Positions 16,580 through 27,500 of a DNA stretch of 64,000 nucleotides are shown piece after piece; positions within the stretch are counted from its first letter, which is position 1; each line of letters begins with the position of its first letter. The stretch lies in IMG/VR virus record IMGVR_UViG_3300044632_001003, positions 124,001 through 188,000 of that record, one strand, 5' to 3'. Both the position numbers and the translations under genes were made by a program. The notes under the pieces were generated by a model. The model ran no database searches. It was given only the letters and a program-made list of their open reading frames with translations, and was not told the DNA's origin.

Positions 16580-18754
16580 TCAGGTTGCAACCCTGGATAA
16601 GTTATAAGAATGTACGGACGATTGAGTGGAGTATCTTCCAGGATCGAATGAAGCAGGCCAAGTTTGGTTACCAACATAAAATAGTCTATCATCCTGACAA
16701 ATTGCCCACCATCCATCACCCTGAGATCCTTGTATTGATGCAATGGCTGAGAACCAGTTTGCTTGCAAGTTGCCTGCGGACTGAGTAGCATCAAATTCCC
16801 ATGGAAGTTTGTTTCGGTTATCCATTGTTTGACGGCCACTTCTAAAACTGACACCCTTTGCTCTACCTGGATCTGTTGTGGTATTACCACCGATAGTAAG
16901 ACATCTTTGGTTAGAAGTTAGGAATAATCCAAGTCTCCATTCATCATTTCCAGTACCAACTCTACTAATATCAATAACATCATTAGAACCACTATAAACT
17001 GGAACTGGGTATTGAAGATTTGTGTTTGACCATGGAAAATCACCAGTATTTTGGTTTTCTGCCAGGAGTTGATCAAGTGAAGTAAATCTATGGTAAGATT
17101 GCACACCAACACCATAAATCATTCCCGTACTTCTCTGTTTAATAAACAATCTTGGATTATTCTGGTCATTACTTAGCCAAAAATCTTCAACATCATTGTA
17201 TAAGTCTGTAATATTCCATAAGCTCCTAAGACCAGATCCTGACACCTCAAGAGATCTAGCTCTATCCCACCAAACTTTTTGCATTGGAGAAAATCCTGTT
17301 CCACCATTTGGCTCATCCCCATCGTATGAACCAGAACTATAAAGGTTGGAACCAATCCAATTAAGAAGTCCAGCCATGTGCAAAACACCATCATTTGTAA
17401 GGACAACTGTAGTATAGTAAGTATTATATCCAGCAGTTGCTATTTTTTTAATTCCGCCATGCTTTTCCCAATTATATAAAACTTTTCTTGGAGCACCAGT
17501 GTATTGGTCATTACCAACACCAAGTTGGTCATTACCATTCCATCCCCAACCCCATAGATTGCCATCTTCATCTTGAGCAAACCCATACTGATAGTTACCA
17601 CCAGCTAACCAAAAATCTAAAAGTTTTCGGTTATCAAAATATTGCTGAGGAATTCTAGCTGGAACATAGCTATTAAACCAGTTATTATTATACCTAAAGT
17701 TTCTACCTAGTCCAGAGTATCCGTTATATCCCCAAGTCCATAGCCGACCATCAATATCCAGAGCACCATTAACACTACTTGAGTTGTTAGCATTAGACGA
17801 AGAACTTGTTCCAATCTTAATTGCCTGAATATCCCTTAAAAATCCCTGACCTCTACTCCCTTGAGAAGCCTGATACTGTTGAATTTGTTGGTTATAATCG
17901 AAACCACCACCAGTATTGTTTGTTCGACCAACTCTTCTCGAATAATATCTGTTAGTTGTTCCACCATCACCATGCTCCCCTGAACCCATCCAACCAGCCC
18001 AGAAAACTTCTCCATTATCAAATAAGAATCCATACATGTGTTGGTCATCACCAACGATTTGAATACATCTTGGTCTTGACCAAGTTGTACCCTGAGTTAC
18101 ACTAGAGTTTCTATAATTATCATAGTGGTCCCACCACTGGAATGTTGATTCAGCTGGATTATGTTGAGACGCACCAACTCCATATTCAGACCCACCATAT
18201 CCATAGCTACTATGGCGACCTATATGAACTGCTTCAAACTCACCATTAATAAACGAATATCCCTGGTTAGATAAAGCACCATTATCTATTCTTCCAGGAA
18301 TATGCCCCATATTTCTATCATTCCAACCCATAGGGTTGCGATTATTAAATTGTAGGATTCTATTTTCTTTATTCTGATTTGAACTAGCACTAATTCTTTG
18401 CCAATATGTTGTTGCTGATGTTCTTTCGTAGATAGGATGAATCATCCTACCATGCTTCATACAAACATAACGATCGCCATTATAATTTACTACATCTCCT
18501 GGATAGTAAGTTCCATTCTCCATCCACTGACCAGTCCACATATAACCAGAGGAATATCTATCCCATCCCTGCGTATCATTTTCTGGTTTATATTTTTCAC
18601 CATATAAATTATTTTCAGCATACTTATCGGTTTTACAAATATAAGCGGCACCATTAACTCTTATAACATCATTTTTAGTATAAGAAACTCCTTCTCTCCA
18701 CTCTCCACGGTAATTTAGAGTTAAATTATTAGCAAGACTAGTTAGCTTTTCCAT
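16580..18754 (-). CDS. RCC1-like repeat protein with N-terminal CBM-like modules (probable fibre tip/adhesin)
   Basis: W..G..Y..GDVV.Y.G..Y.C modules; LWTWGYNGYSGLG, LWGWGWNGNDQLG. Confidence 0.75.
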   Translation of the reverse strand: MEKLTSLANNLTLNYRGEWREGVSYTKNDVIRVNGAAYICKTDKYAENNLYGEKYKPENDTQGWDRYSSGYMWTGQWMENGTYYPGDVVNYNGDRYVCMKHGRMIHPIYERTSATTYWQRISASSNQNKENRILQFNNRNPMGWNDRNMGHIPGRIDNGALSNQGYSFINGEFEAVHIGRHSSYGYGGSEYGVGASQHNPAESTFQWWDHYDNYRNSSVTQGTTWSRPRCIQIVGDDQHMYGFLFDNGEVFWAGWMGSGEHGDGGTTNRYYSRRVGRTNNTGGGFDYNQQIQQYQASQGSRGQGFLRDIQAIKIGTSSSSNANNSSSVNGALDIDGRLWTWGYNGYSGLGRNFRYNNNWFNSYVPARIPQQYFDNRKLLDFWLAGGNYQYGFAQDEDGNLWGWGWNGNDQLGVGNDQYTGAPRKVLYNWEKHGGIKKIATAGYNTYYTTVVLTNDGVLHMAGLLNWIGSNLYSSGSYDGDEPNGGTGFSPMQKVWWDRARSLEVSGSGLRSLWNITDLYNDVEDFWLSNDQNNPRLFIKQRSTGMIYGVGVQSYHRFTSLDQLLAENQNTGDFPWSNTNLQYPVPVYSGSNDVIDISRVGTGNDEWRLGLFLTSNQRCLTIGGNTTTDPGRAKGVSFRSGRQTMDNRNKLPWEFDATQSAGNLQANWFSAIASIQGSQGDGWWAICQDDRLFYVGNQTWPASFDPGRYSTQSSVHSYNLSRVAT

Positions 18755-18763
18755 AGATTATTG

Positions 18764-19492
18764 TTATTCTGGAGATGAAGTTGGAGACCATCTAGTAAAG
18801 TTAATCATATCATTAGGATCAGATGGTGGTGGTATATCTTCTACTTTTGTTATTTGTAAAATAGTTTGCTCTTCACTGGAAGGAGTTGTTGATATACCCA
18901 AGTAGTTTAGATATTCTGGGTCTTCAAAGTATTTATCCCTAATATTAGGATTACGCTGTAGTATTCTACGACAATAATCATCACCTAAAGATTCAGATAG
19001 TGACTCTGAAGTTTCAAATCTTATATCAAATAATTCTTCTTCAGTTGTATTAGAAAGTATTTCCAAATCACCACTATATCTTTCTTGTTCTGGATTATCT
19101 GGATCCATAATCGCATCCACATCTGGAATATAAAATGCGGTTTTCAAAATATCCATTGTATAGTTTGGATGAATCGAATAATAACTCCTTTGTTCTGTAT
19201 TTGGAGATGTTTGTGCAACGATTGTTGTATTAGCAACTCCAATCATGTTGCCAGATCTAAGTAATAAAATAACCTCAGGCTCAATCTGAAAATCTGGGTC
19301 TCTGACTTCAATTTCAGTTTTTTGCATTTCTTCTCCAATCTTTTCACCACCCTCATCAAAAATATAACAACATACATAATCGGTTCTGATACCAATAATA
19401 GGAGGTTCCTTTGGAAGACCAATATCGGGCCAGTTCATTGCATCATATGCTGAATTAATGGATATAATTTTTCTTTCAGTATTGATAGCCAT
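18764..19492 (-). CDS. Acidic hypothetical protein
   Basis: 242-aa ORF in the late cluster; no recognisable motif. Confidence 0.6.
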   Translation of the reverse strand: MAINTERKIISINSAYDAMNWPDIGLPKEPPIIGIRTDYVCCYIFDEGGEKIGEEMQKTEIEVRDPDFQIEPEVILLLRSGNMIGVANTTIVAQTSPNTEQRSYYSIHPNYTMDILKTAFYIPDVDAIMDPDNPEQERYSGDLEILSNTTEEELFDIRFETSESLSESLGDDYCRRILQRNPNIRDKYFEDPEYLNYLGISTTPSSEEQTILQITKVEDIPPPSDPNDMINFTRWSPTSSPE

Positions 19493-19504
19493 TTTGTTTC
19501 CTCC

Positions 19505-22009
19505 TTAACCTGCCCAATTCAATGATGGAACTGTCCCATAAACGGTTCCACGATAAGAAGCGAATCCCCAGTCATAGTTACGTCCTGTTTGCATTACTTC
19601 TCCATTATCAAATAAGGTTTGACTTCTAACATTATGATTCACTCCAAGAGTTCCCTCATAATCTCCTGTGCTACTTATATCTATACAAGCGGACCCACCC
19701 CAAGGATGAGAATCATATGCTGTCATTGGATTTGCCATATAATATGGAGCATGGATTTTTCTTGCAACAGCGTATTGTGATTGTCCATTTTGTTGGTGCC
19801 TTGCATTATTGTTTGCGATTGTAGAATCTCTACCAATTCCACCAACACCATATCCATTCCAACCTGTTGCATAGACATAACCCTTTTGATCAAGGAAGTG
19901 TTGTGTCGTGCCACCCGATCTACCAGCAGAAGACATACAAACAATATTTGTAAGTGCTTGTGTTGAAGTATTTCCTGGACCAAGAATAATGTTTGGAGAT
20001 GTTCTAGAAGATGGTGCAGAACCTGTAGTTAAATTGTAATGACCATCATAACCAACACCATAAGTATTTCCATTCTGAGTTCTATACCAAATATGCCCAT
20101 ATCCACCATCATCAATATCTACCCATACATTTACAATTTGTGCAGCACCAGTCCATGATGTTCTTCTTGTAATTGTTGAAGAGTTACTGTTATTCGTTGT
20201 AGTGCCATCACCCAATTGACCATATCCATTGTATCCACATGTCCAAACGTATCCTTGACCATCAAGAAGTGCGATGGTATAAAGATTTTCTGAAGAAGCA
20301 ACAACAAGTTTTTGAATACCACCATAAGTGTTCCAATTGACGGGAACTTTGAGAGGAGTATATGAGCGGTCAGAATCCCTGAATCCACTGTTTGTTGGAT
20401 ACATCAATTGACCTTGATGATTGTATCCCCAAGACCAAAGGTTTCCTGCTTCATCAAGTGCGTATGAAGTTCTATGTCCAGCCCAAATATCTACGATTCT
20501 ATTTCCACCGAAGAAGAAATCTTTATTCATTGTATGAATCAACCAGGCACGGTTGTTCACACCCATACCATTATCTTCAAAATAATAAATGTCTGGAGAA
20601 TTACCACTACCAGAAGTGGTTCCAGAGTCAGAAGAAATACCACACTGACCTGTATCGTTTCTACCCCAGCAGTGAATCTCACCATATTCATCAAGAGCAA
20701 TACAATGGGCATCACCGTCTCTAGATTGATGTCCACCAGTTACAAGTTTTACGATTGAACGATTCTTGAATGCTTTTCTAGGAATTGTAAATGCAGCTTG
20801 AGTTGCCTGACCATCATCGTTGGAGTAACCGTCACGACCATGGTTTGACTGACCTGAAACATGAACTCCGCCATCAGAAGTTAGGTGCCACCTATTATCA
20901 TTCCAAGCTTGCATAGATTGGATAATTCTAGGTGTTCTTCTCGTCATATGGAATGGGTTATTTCCAAAGTTTGCCCATTCACCACTGTTAAAATCAATGT
21001 GATATGGTACATCATTTTCTTGAGCCTCGATGTGAGCACCACCATCACTATGCATATAAGCATTACTAGTTCCACTCTCAGCCATAATGACGCCCTCGCC
21101 ATTAATAAACTGCTCAGAGTTTCTATATGACATATGACCTTTATTCCATCCTGGATTCCATCTCCAGGCATGGACTGAAGTTGATCCGATTCCTAAAGAT
21201 GTATTCCAAGGAATATTTCCATTCCATCTATTAACCGTTCCCCATTGTGGTCCAAGAATATATGGATGACCTTTCCATCCAAAAGGTTGGTTATTGACAA
21301 ATCCAAGGCAACGGTCTGATGGCATTAAGTCATCACCTCTTGAAAATACTTCCCATGCGCCAAGATGATCAAATAAGGGATCAACGTTTGAATGTCCTAC
21401 ACCACAAATGTAAGATGAATTCCTTCTCTTAACAATATCTCCAGGATAATATGTGGTTCTTTGTGACCATGTTCCAACATGAGCTGTTCCATCAGAATAT
21501 AAGTCCCAATCAACTTCATTGGTTGCAATCTCATATTGACCCATCATTCTTCTTGGTCCAAGAACAATTGGGTCATTAGTTACAACTGCAGTATTGAGCC
21601 CAACACTCGTTAGATATAGGACAGCAGTTGTTGAGGTAACTGTACCAATTGAGGTAATCCCAGCATAAGTATCAAAGTGTTTTGAGTAAAGTCTTAAACC
21701 TGTTCTAGGAGACTGATTCCATGGACCTTTTGGTGCCTCGGGATAATATGATGTTACAATTCCTGCTGTTTGAGTTTGAGGATTAAATCCTGTAAAAGTA
21801 ACAGTAACAATGCTTGTTTGAATCCCCAAACTAGCAATTGATCCATTTAAAGTTGGAAGTACAATTGGAGCATGTGCTTTGGGGACATCATTTTTGTAGA
21901 TATAAAGTCTATCTTCAAAGGTTACAATGTCACCTTTGCTATAAGTTGTAGCAGGAACGTATGCTCCTCTATGAACAAATTTAACTTTTCCTAGTGTTAC
22001 GACGGCCAT
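19505..22009 (-). CDS. RCC1-like repeat protein (probable fibre tip/adhesin)
   Basis: HCWGRNDTGQCG, WSWGYNHQGQL, WTCGYNGYGQLGDG. Confidence 0.78.
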   Translation of the reverse strand: MAVVTLGKVKFVHRGAYVPATTYSKGDIVTFEDRLYIYKNDVPKAHAPIVLPTLNGSIASLGIQTSIVTVTFTGFNPQTQTAGIVTSYYPEAPKGPWNQSPRTGLRLYSKHFDTYAGITSIGTVTSTTAVLYLTSVGLNTAVVTNDPIVLGPRRMMGQYEIATNEVDWDLYSDGTAHVGTWSQRTTYYPGDIVKRRNSSYICGVGHSNVDPLFDHLGAWEVFSRGDDLMPSDRCLGFVNNQPFGWKGHPYILGPQWGTVNRWNGNIPWNTSLGIGSTSVHAWRWNPGWNKGHMSYRNSEQFINGEGVIMAESGTSNAYMHSDGGAHIEAQENDVPYHIDFNSGEWANFGNNPFHMTRRTPRIIQSMQAWNDNRWHLTSDGGVHVSGQSNHGRDGYSNDDGQATQAAFTIPRKAFKNRSIVKLVTGGHQSRDGDAHCIALDEYGEIHCWGRNDTGQCGISSDSGTTSGSGNSPDIYYFEDNGMGVNNRAWLIHTMNKDFFFGGNRIVDIWAGHRTSYALDEAGNLWSWGYNHQGQLMYPTNSGFRDSDRSYTPLKVPVNWNTYGGIQKLVVASSENLYTIALLDGQGYVWTCGYNGYGQLGDGTTTNNSNSSTITRRTSWTGAAQIVNVWVDIDDGGYGHIWYRTQNGNTYGVGYDGHYNLTTGSAPSSRTSPNIILGPGNTSTQALTNIVCMSSAGRSGGTTQHFLDQKGYVYATGWNGYGVGGIGRDSTIANNNARHQQNGQSQYAVARKIHAPYYMANPMTAYDSHPWGGSACIDISSTGDYEGTLGVNHNVRSQTLFDNGEVMQTGRNYDWGFASYRGTVYGTVPSLNWAG

Positions 22010-22022
22010 GATTTATACCTCC

Positions 22023-24521
22023 TTACATGTGTGTATATCTAATGTGATTTATATTGCCTCTACCACCTTGTGATACAAGTCCTCCACAATATCCATTATT
22101 ACCTGTATTACCATTTTGTGTCCCAAATACTTGACCAGTTCTAAGGTCTGCATAGAATCCATTCTTTGAAGCAGATGTTCCAGATACATCATAGAACCAG
22201 TTGCCCCATGCAGCATAAGGCTCATACATATTATTTTTTAGTCGAAAGTTGGCATCAATTCTGTTTGGATCTTGGTCACCTCTTGCATTATAAGAATCAT
22301 TTTGACAGTTGCCAGATACACCATTATCAAATCCACCATGGAACCATTGACCAAGATTGTTCTTGGCTCTAGCAGCAAATGTTGAGTCATAACGATAAAT
22401 TGCAACTTGAATGTGTGAACTGCTATGACCTTGATTAGAAGTCACAGACATTACATTTGTTGCGTTACTTCCATTATTAATTTGAACGTTTTGAAGTGTT
22501 GATTGATTGGTTGTACTGTTTTGAGAAATACTTAAATTATAATATCCATTATAACCACAAGAGTATAAAGTATTGTTGATAATCGAACTTCCCCTTGTGA
22601 GGTACATGAACATGTGACTGTTTCCACCTAGTTGCCAAACATCAATACAGTCAGTAAATGCAGTTCCTTGTCCTGTACCTTTGTTTCCTGATGTGCTAAC
22701 AGGGTTTGATGCACCAGAGTACCCACTTGTTCTTACCTGAACAGGAACATATGTATTGAAGGTATGGTTGTGCCCTAGACCCCCATAACCATTATATCCC
22801 CAAGTAAAGACTGTGCCATTACCTTTGAGTAGAGCACAAGTTCCATGAGAACCACCACCGTTTATACTGAACTTTCTAACCCTACCGTTGGTTCCAGTTA
22901 ATGTTCCAATATCATTGGCATCAACACGAACGAGAACTGATTGGTTTGTTGTGTTTCCATTTCCAATTTGTCCATATCCATTGTATCCACATGCATACAA
23001 GTGGCCCAGATCAGTTAGAACATACAGTTGTCCATAGTTTCCACCAGTTGCCCAGATTGAAACAACTCTACCATAAACACCAGCACTAAAAGTAATCTGA
23101 GTTGGAACCTGTCTGTTAGTGGTATCATTAAGACCTAATTGACCATAACCATTGTATCCCCATGACCAGATTTCTCTACTTCCGTCAGTGGGATTTTCAA
23201 TCAGTGCATACATTGCATGGGATTCGTTGTTATCTCCACCAGATGCAGCAGCAATACGAATTGCTCTCTTACCCCTCAAAGCAGTGGTTCCAGAAATATT
23301 AATATTGAAATATCCACATCTTACTGGTTGTTGCGTGAAATTATTAGTATAGTTACCTCCACTATTTCCATTACCATTATATCCCATATAATGAACTTCG
23401 CCATTATTAAAAAGAACTAATGTATTATATCCACCACTTTCAACTTGAATAACTTTTGGATATTCACCATCTGGAGTTGGTAAGACACCATCAAGATAAT
23501 CAAGATTCACAAACTGAGCCATTGCCAACATATTATCGGTTGGACTCTGACCATCTGTGGAAGTGCCTCCAGATGTATAAACACTTTCTCCAATATTTAC
23601 GAATTGATGTCTGCGATTTACATATCGCATATTGTATCTACACTGGTGCGTTCCATACGCCTTAGCAGGTCCAATACTATCACCCATTCCAACTAAAACT
23701 GTTCTTCCTGTTGCACCATCAGTTGAGTTAGTCGTGACGTTACAACCAAATGTTGGTAATGCACCACCACCATAAACACCAGTGTATCCTGTAACAGTTG
23801 TATCTACACTGATGGTTGGAGTTGAAGTATAACCACTTCCAGGATCAATAATATCACATTGAAAAACAGCTAGAGTTGCAGCATTAACATGGGCAACACC
23901 AACAAACCCACTTCCACCACCACCAGAAGCAGTCAATCTTAACATAGCAGTGCTTGGACTTCCTGTTCTACCATTAACAGTATTTGTTTCTCTAATTAAA
24001 GACCCTGCAGTGTTGTAGAAAACGGTATTGATTGTTCCAATAACTGACTGACTTCTTGCATTCCACAGTGGCTTGTAGGGTGGAGTATATCCCTCATTCA
24101 TCCCCGCGAGGAATGCATTCTTTCGATACATTCCACCTTCAGATAATAATGCCCATTGAGTACCATCGTTTGTCAGTGGGTTATAGTTTGTATTTGCTTG
24201 CTTACAAATATAAGTATAGGTATCATAGTATTTCCATATAGAGTTGTATGCATATTCTGGATATACAGTTACAATATCATTTAATTGATATGCCGTTCCA
24301 GAATTCCATTCGCCCCTTTCTCTTGTCAAACCAGAAAGTTTTTCCCAAATTGCTGAAGAAGCAACTCCTGGAACTTGAGAACCACTAGAGTTTGCTGTCT
24401 TACAAAGATATTGGGAACCAACATAAGTTACGATATCATCTACGGTATATGATGATGAGGTATTATATTCACCTCTAACATTATACCTAACTTTTCCAAT
24501 AATACTTGTTGTAATTGCCAT
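22023..24521 (-). CDS. RCC1-like repeat protein (probable fibre tip/adhesin)
   Basis: WSWGYNGYGQLG, YACGYNGYGQIG, FTWGYNGYGGLG; CBM-like N-terminal modules. Confidence 0.78.
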   Translation of the reverse strand: MAITTSIIGKVRYNVRGEYNTSSSYTVDDIVTYVGSQYLCKTANSSGSQVPGVASSAIWEKLSGLTRERGEWNSGTAYQLNDIVTVYPEYAYNSIWKYYDTYTYICKQANTNYNPLTNDGTQWALLSEGGMYRKNAFLAGMNEGYTPPYKPLWNARSQSVIGTINTVFYNTAGSLIRETNTVNGRTGSPSTAMLRLTASGGGGSGFVGVAHVNAATLAVFQCDIIDPGSGYTSTPTISVDTTVTGYTGVYGGGALPTFGCNVTTNSTDGATGRTVLVGMGDSIGPAKAYGTHQCRYNMRYVNRRHQFVNIGESVYTSGGTSTDGQSPTDNMLAMAQFVNLDYLDGVLPTPDGEYPKVIQVESGGYNTLVLFNNGEVHYMGYNGNGNSGGNYTNNFTQQPVRCGYFNINISGTTALRGKRAIRIAAASGGDNNESHAMYALIENPTDGSREIWSWGYNGYGQLGLNDTTNRQVPTQITFSAGVYGRVVSIWATGGNYGQLYVLTDLGHLYACGYNGYGQIGNGNTTNQSVLVRVDANDIGTLTGTNGRVRKFSINGGGSHGTCALLKGNGTVFTWGYNGYGGLGHNHTFNTYVPVQVRTSGYSGASNPVSTSGNKGTGQGTAFTDCIDVWQLGGNSHMFMYLTRGSSIINNTLYSCGYNGYYNLSISQNSTTNQSTLQNVQINNGSNATNVMSVTSNQGHSSSHIQVAIYRYDSTFAARAKNNLGQWFHGGFDNGVSGNCQNDSYNARGDQDPNRIDANFRLKNNMYEPYAAWGNWFYDVSGTSASKNGFYADLRTGQVFGTQNGNTGNNGYCGGLVSQGGRGNINHIRYTHM

Positions 24522-24525
24522 ATTA

Positions 24526-27500
24526 TTATACCGCTGTCGTTACTTGTAAGTATCCAGTCGAACTGATGGACATTGATATGGATGCTGTAAGAGCAAAGAA
24601 ATCGGCAAGGATTGGTGCTCTTGTATCACGAACAAGTGGGTTAGTGTCATTTGCTTCATAAGTATCAGAACCTGTAATTGCAGTCAATCTGAGGTTTCCA
24701 TAATCAGAAACATCATTCTTATCAGTATTTATAGCCAAATAATGATAGGCGTTTGTGCCCGTATTATTTACCCAAACGGTTCCCGTTCCCGTTGAGGATA
24801 GAAGTTGTCCTGAAGTTCCTGCACTGTTTGTTCCATCACGAAGTCTATTCTTGAGTTGGATATTTTGTTCAATAATAGTATCACCAGCATTATCCATGGT
24901 AACTGCAAGAGTTCCCCCTGGAGTTGTATTGCTTGTAATATCACTTGTGTTGTTTGTATAGAATCTAAATCTACCTCCAACTGCTGTTCTACCAGCAACA
25001 AGGTAGTTGTCACCATTATTTCCAAAAGCAATACCATTCCACCAGAAGGTTCCAGAGTAACTATTATCCGCTGAAGTATATGCGACTCTATGGAAAGATC
25101 CACCTACAGGTTGCCCAAAATTACCAGAAGAAGTTAATAAACCAAGTGTTGTGTAAGAAAGTGATCTACCAGCAGATCCTGCAGCAGCATTATAGAATGT
25201 AAATCCTTGGTTGAATAGTAAATATGAGGAGGTATCGGTTCCTGGAGCAATATAAGATCCACTAGTTGTAGTATGCCTTACGTTATAACCAATACCACCA
25301 TAAGAACCACCAGAATAACCAGCGACAAGACCACGACCTTCAGTGCCACCAGAACCTAAGTTAATATTGTAAGTTCCAGTGAAGTCATAGTGGTTTGATG
25401 CAGCAATGTTAGCAACACTCAAAACATTAGTGCTTGCATTAAACGCAAATGCAGTCGCAGTTGATCTACTCTTAGGTGTTGCATTAGACCCAAGAGTTGA
25501 GACCATGACAGGATATAGAGTCGTGGTCGAAGTATCATCTATCGATAGAATTGCATTCGAAGGTCCAATTAGACCTTGAGTGCCCTGAGTTCCTTGAGTT
25601 CCATTATTACCTTGAATACCCTGAGGTCCTGTGGTCCCCTGAAAACCTTGAATTCCCTGCCGACCCTGAATACCTTGAGTCCCTTGAGGACCTGTAATTC
25701 CTTGGATACCTTGAGCACCAGTAATACCCTGAGTACCCTGAACACCTTGAATACCTTGCGAACCCATAGGTCCAAAGGCAAGATTATTGAATGCAAGGTT
25801 TGAAGTATAAATTGAGCTATCAAGGAATAAAGCACTTCCTGGAGAGCGATTAACTTGTCTCAGTAGAGTTCCATTCAGATAATAGCGAACGGTTGTTCCA
25901 TCATAAAGAACGTATGCAGTATCCGTAGCAGTGTATGTTCCTGACGAATAAACAGAAGTTCCACCCTCATAAATTGAGACTGTTCCATTATCAAAGTAGA
26001 AAGCATAATCAATCGATGAGAAACTAGTATCAGTTGTTGGGTCTGAGTTAAGACCAAACATTGCAAAACCAGTTGTTGAAGATATTCTTGCGGTTGCATA
26101 GACACCAAGAACATATCCCTGAACAGAATAGACTGAGGAATCCCAAGAAGCGTTTGTGCCACCAGTCTTTGTGAATGTTGAAGAGTCTGTAGTAGATTGA
26201 GTTACATTAACAAGAACAGGAGTCCAATCGGAACCACCACGAGTTCCAGTAATACCTTGTACTCCTTGAGAACCAGTGGTTCCTTGCGTTCCTTGAGAAC
26301 CAGTGGTTCCTTGTGTTCCAGTTGTGCCTTGAATACCTTGCCTACCCTGAATACCTTGAGCACCCTGAGTTCCCAAAGTTCCAGAAATACCCTGAATACC
26401 CTGAGTACCTTGAGTTCCAGTCTGTCCCTGAATACCCTGAGTACCTTGAGTTCCAGTCTGTCCCTGAATACCCTGAGTTCCTTGAACTCCCTGGATTCCT
26501 TGACGACCTTGAACACCCTGAGCACCAGTTGCACCATCAATACCCTGTCTGCCTTGTAATCCTTGAGAACCTTGGGTGCCATTTGCACCAGCAGTTCCTT
26601 GAGCACCTAAGACGCCTTGAATACCCTGAACACCTTGATTTCCAAGTGTTCCCTGAACACCTTGAACACCCTGCTCACCAGTAGTTCCTTGTGTGCCTTG
26701 ACGACCTTGAACACCTTGGAATCCTTGAGAACCATCAGTTCCCTGAGTACCTTGGCGACCTTGAACACCCTGAGCTCCAGTATCTCCAGTGATACCCTGA
26801 AGACCCTGGCGACCCTGAATACCTTGATCACCTTGAACACCTTGAACACCTTGAGTTCCTTGAATACCCTGACCACCAACTGTACCCTGAGTTCCAACTG
26901 TTCCTTGAGAACCTGTTACACCTTGGAATCCTTGAATACCTTGAGCTCCTGTGGTTCCTTGGGCACCTGTAATTCCCTGAACACCTTGCTCACCTTTAAT
27001 ACCTTGAGCACCCTGCTGACCAGTCGTTCCTTGGATGCCCTGAATACCCTGACCACCAGTGGTTCCTTGTGTTCCCTGCTGACCTACTGTACCTTGAGTA
27101 CCTAATAGACCCTGAACACCTTGAACACCTTGAATACCTTGACGACCTTGAGTGCCTTGCTCACCTTGGATTCCTTGAGCCCCCTGTCTTCCTTGAACAC
27201 CCTGGATACCTTGCTCACCTTGTGTCCCCTGAGTTCCCTGAACACCTTGTTCTCCAAAATTACCTTGAATACCCTGAATACCTTGACGACCTTGTGTGCC
27301 TTGGACACCTTGAATTCCTTGCTGACCAAGATCACCTGTTCTACTAAATTCTACAGAAAGTAGTTCATTGTTAGAAGGTAAAGTTCCAGAAATAAAGGTA
27401 ACACCAATAGTATAGTAACCAGTACTATTAGTTACTGAATCAATTTGCCATACATTAACTATTGTTCCAGTTGGAGAAGCTGATGTAATTACTAAGTATC

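Noticed and set aside
16580-24521. Diversity-generating retroelement or invertible tail cassette
   Set aside because: No reverse transcriptase, invertase or near-identical template/variable repeat pair seen in the window
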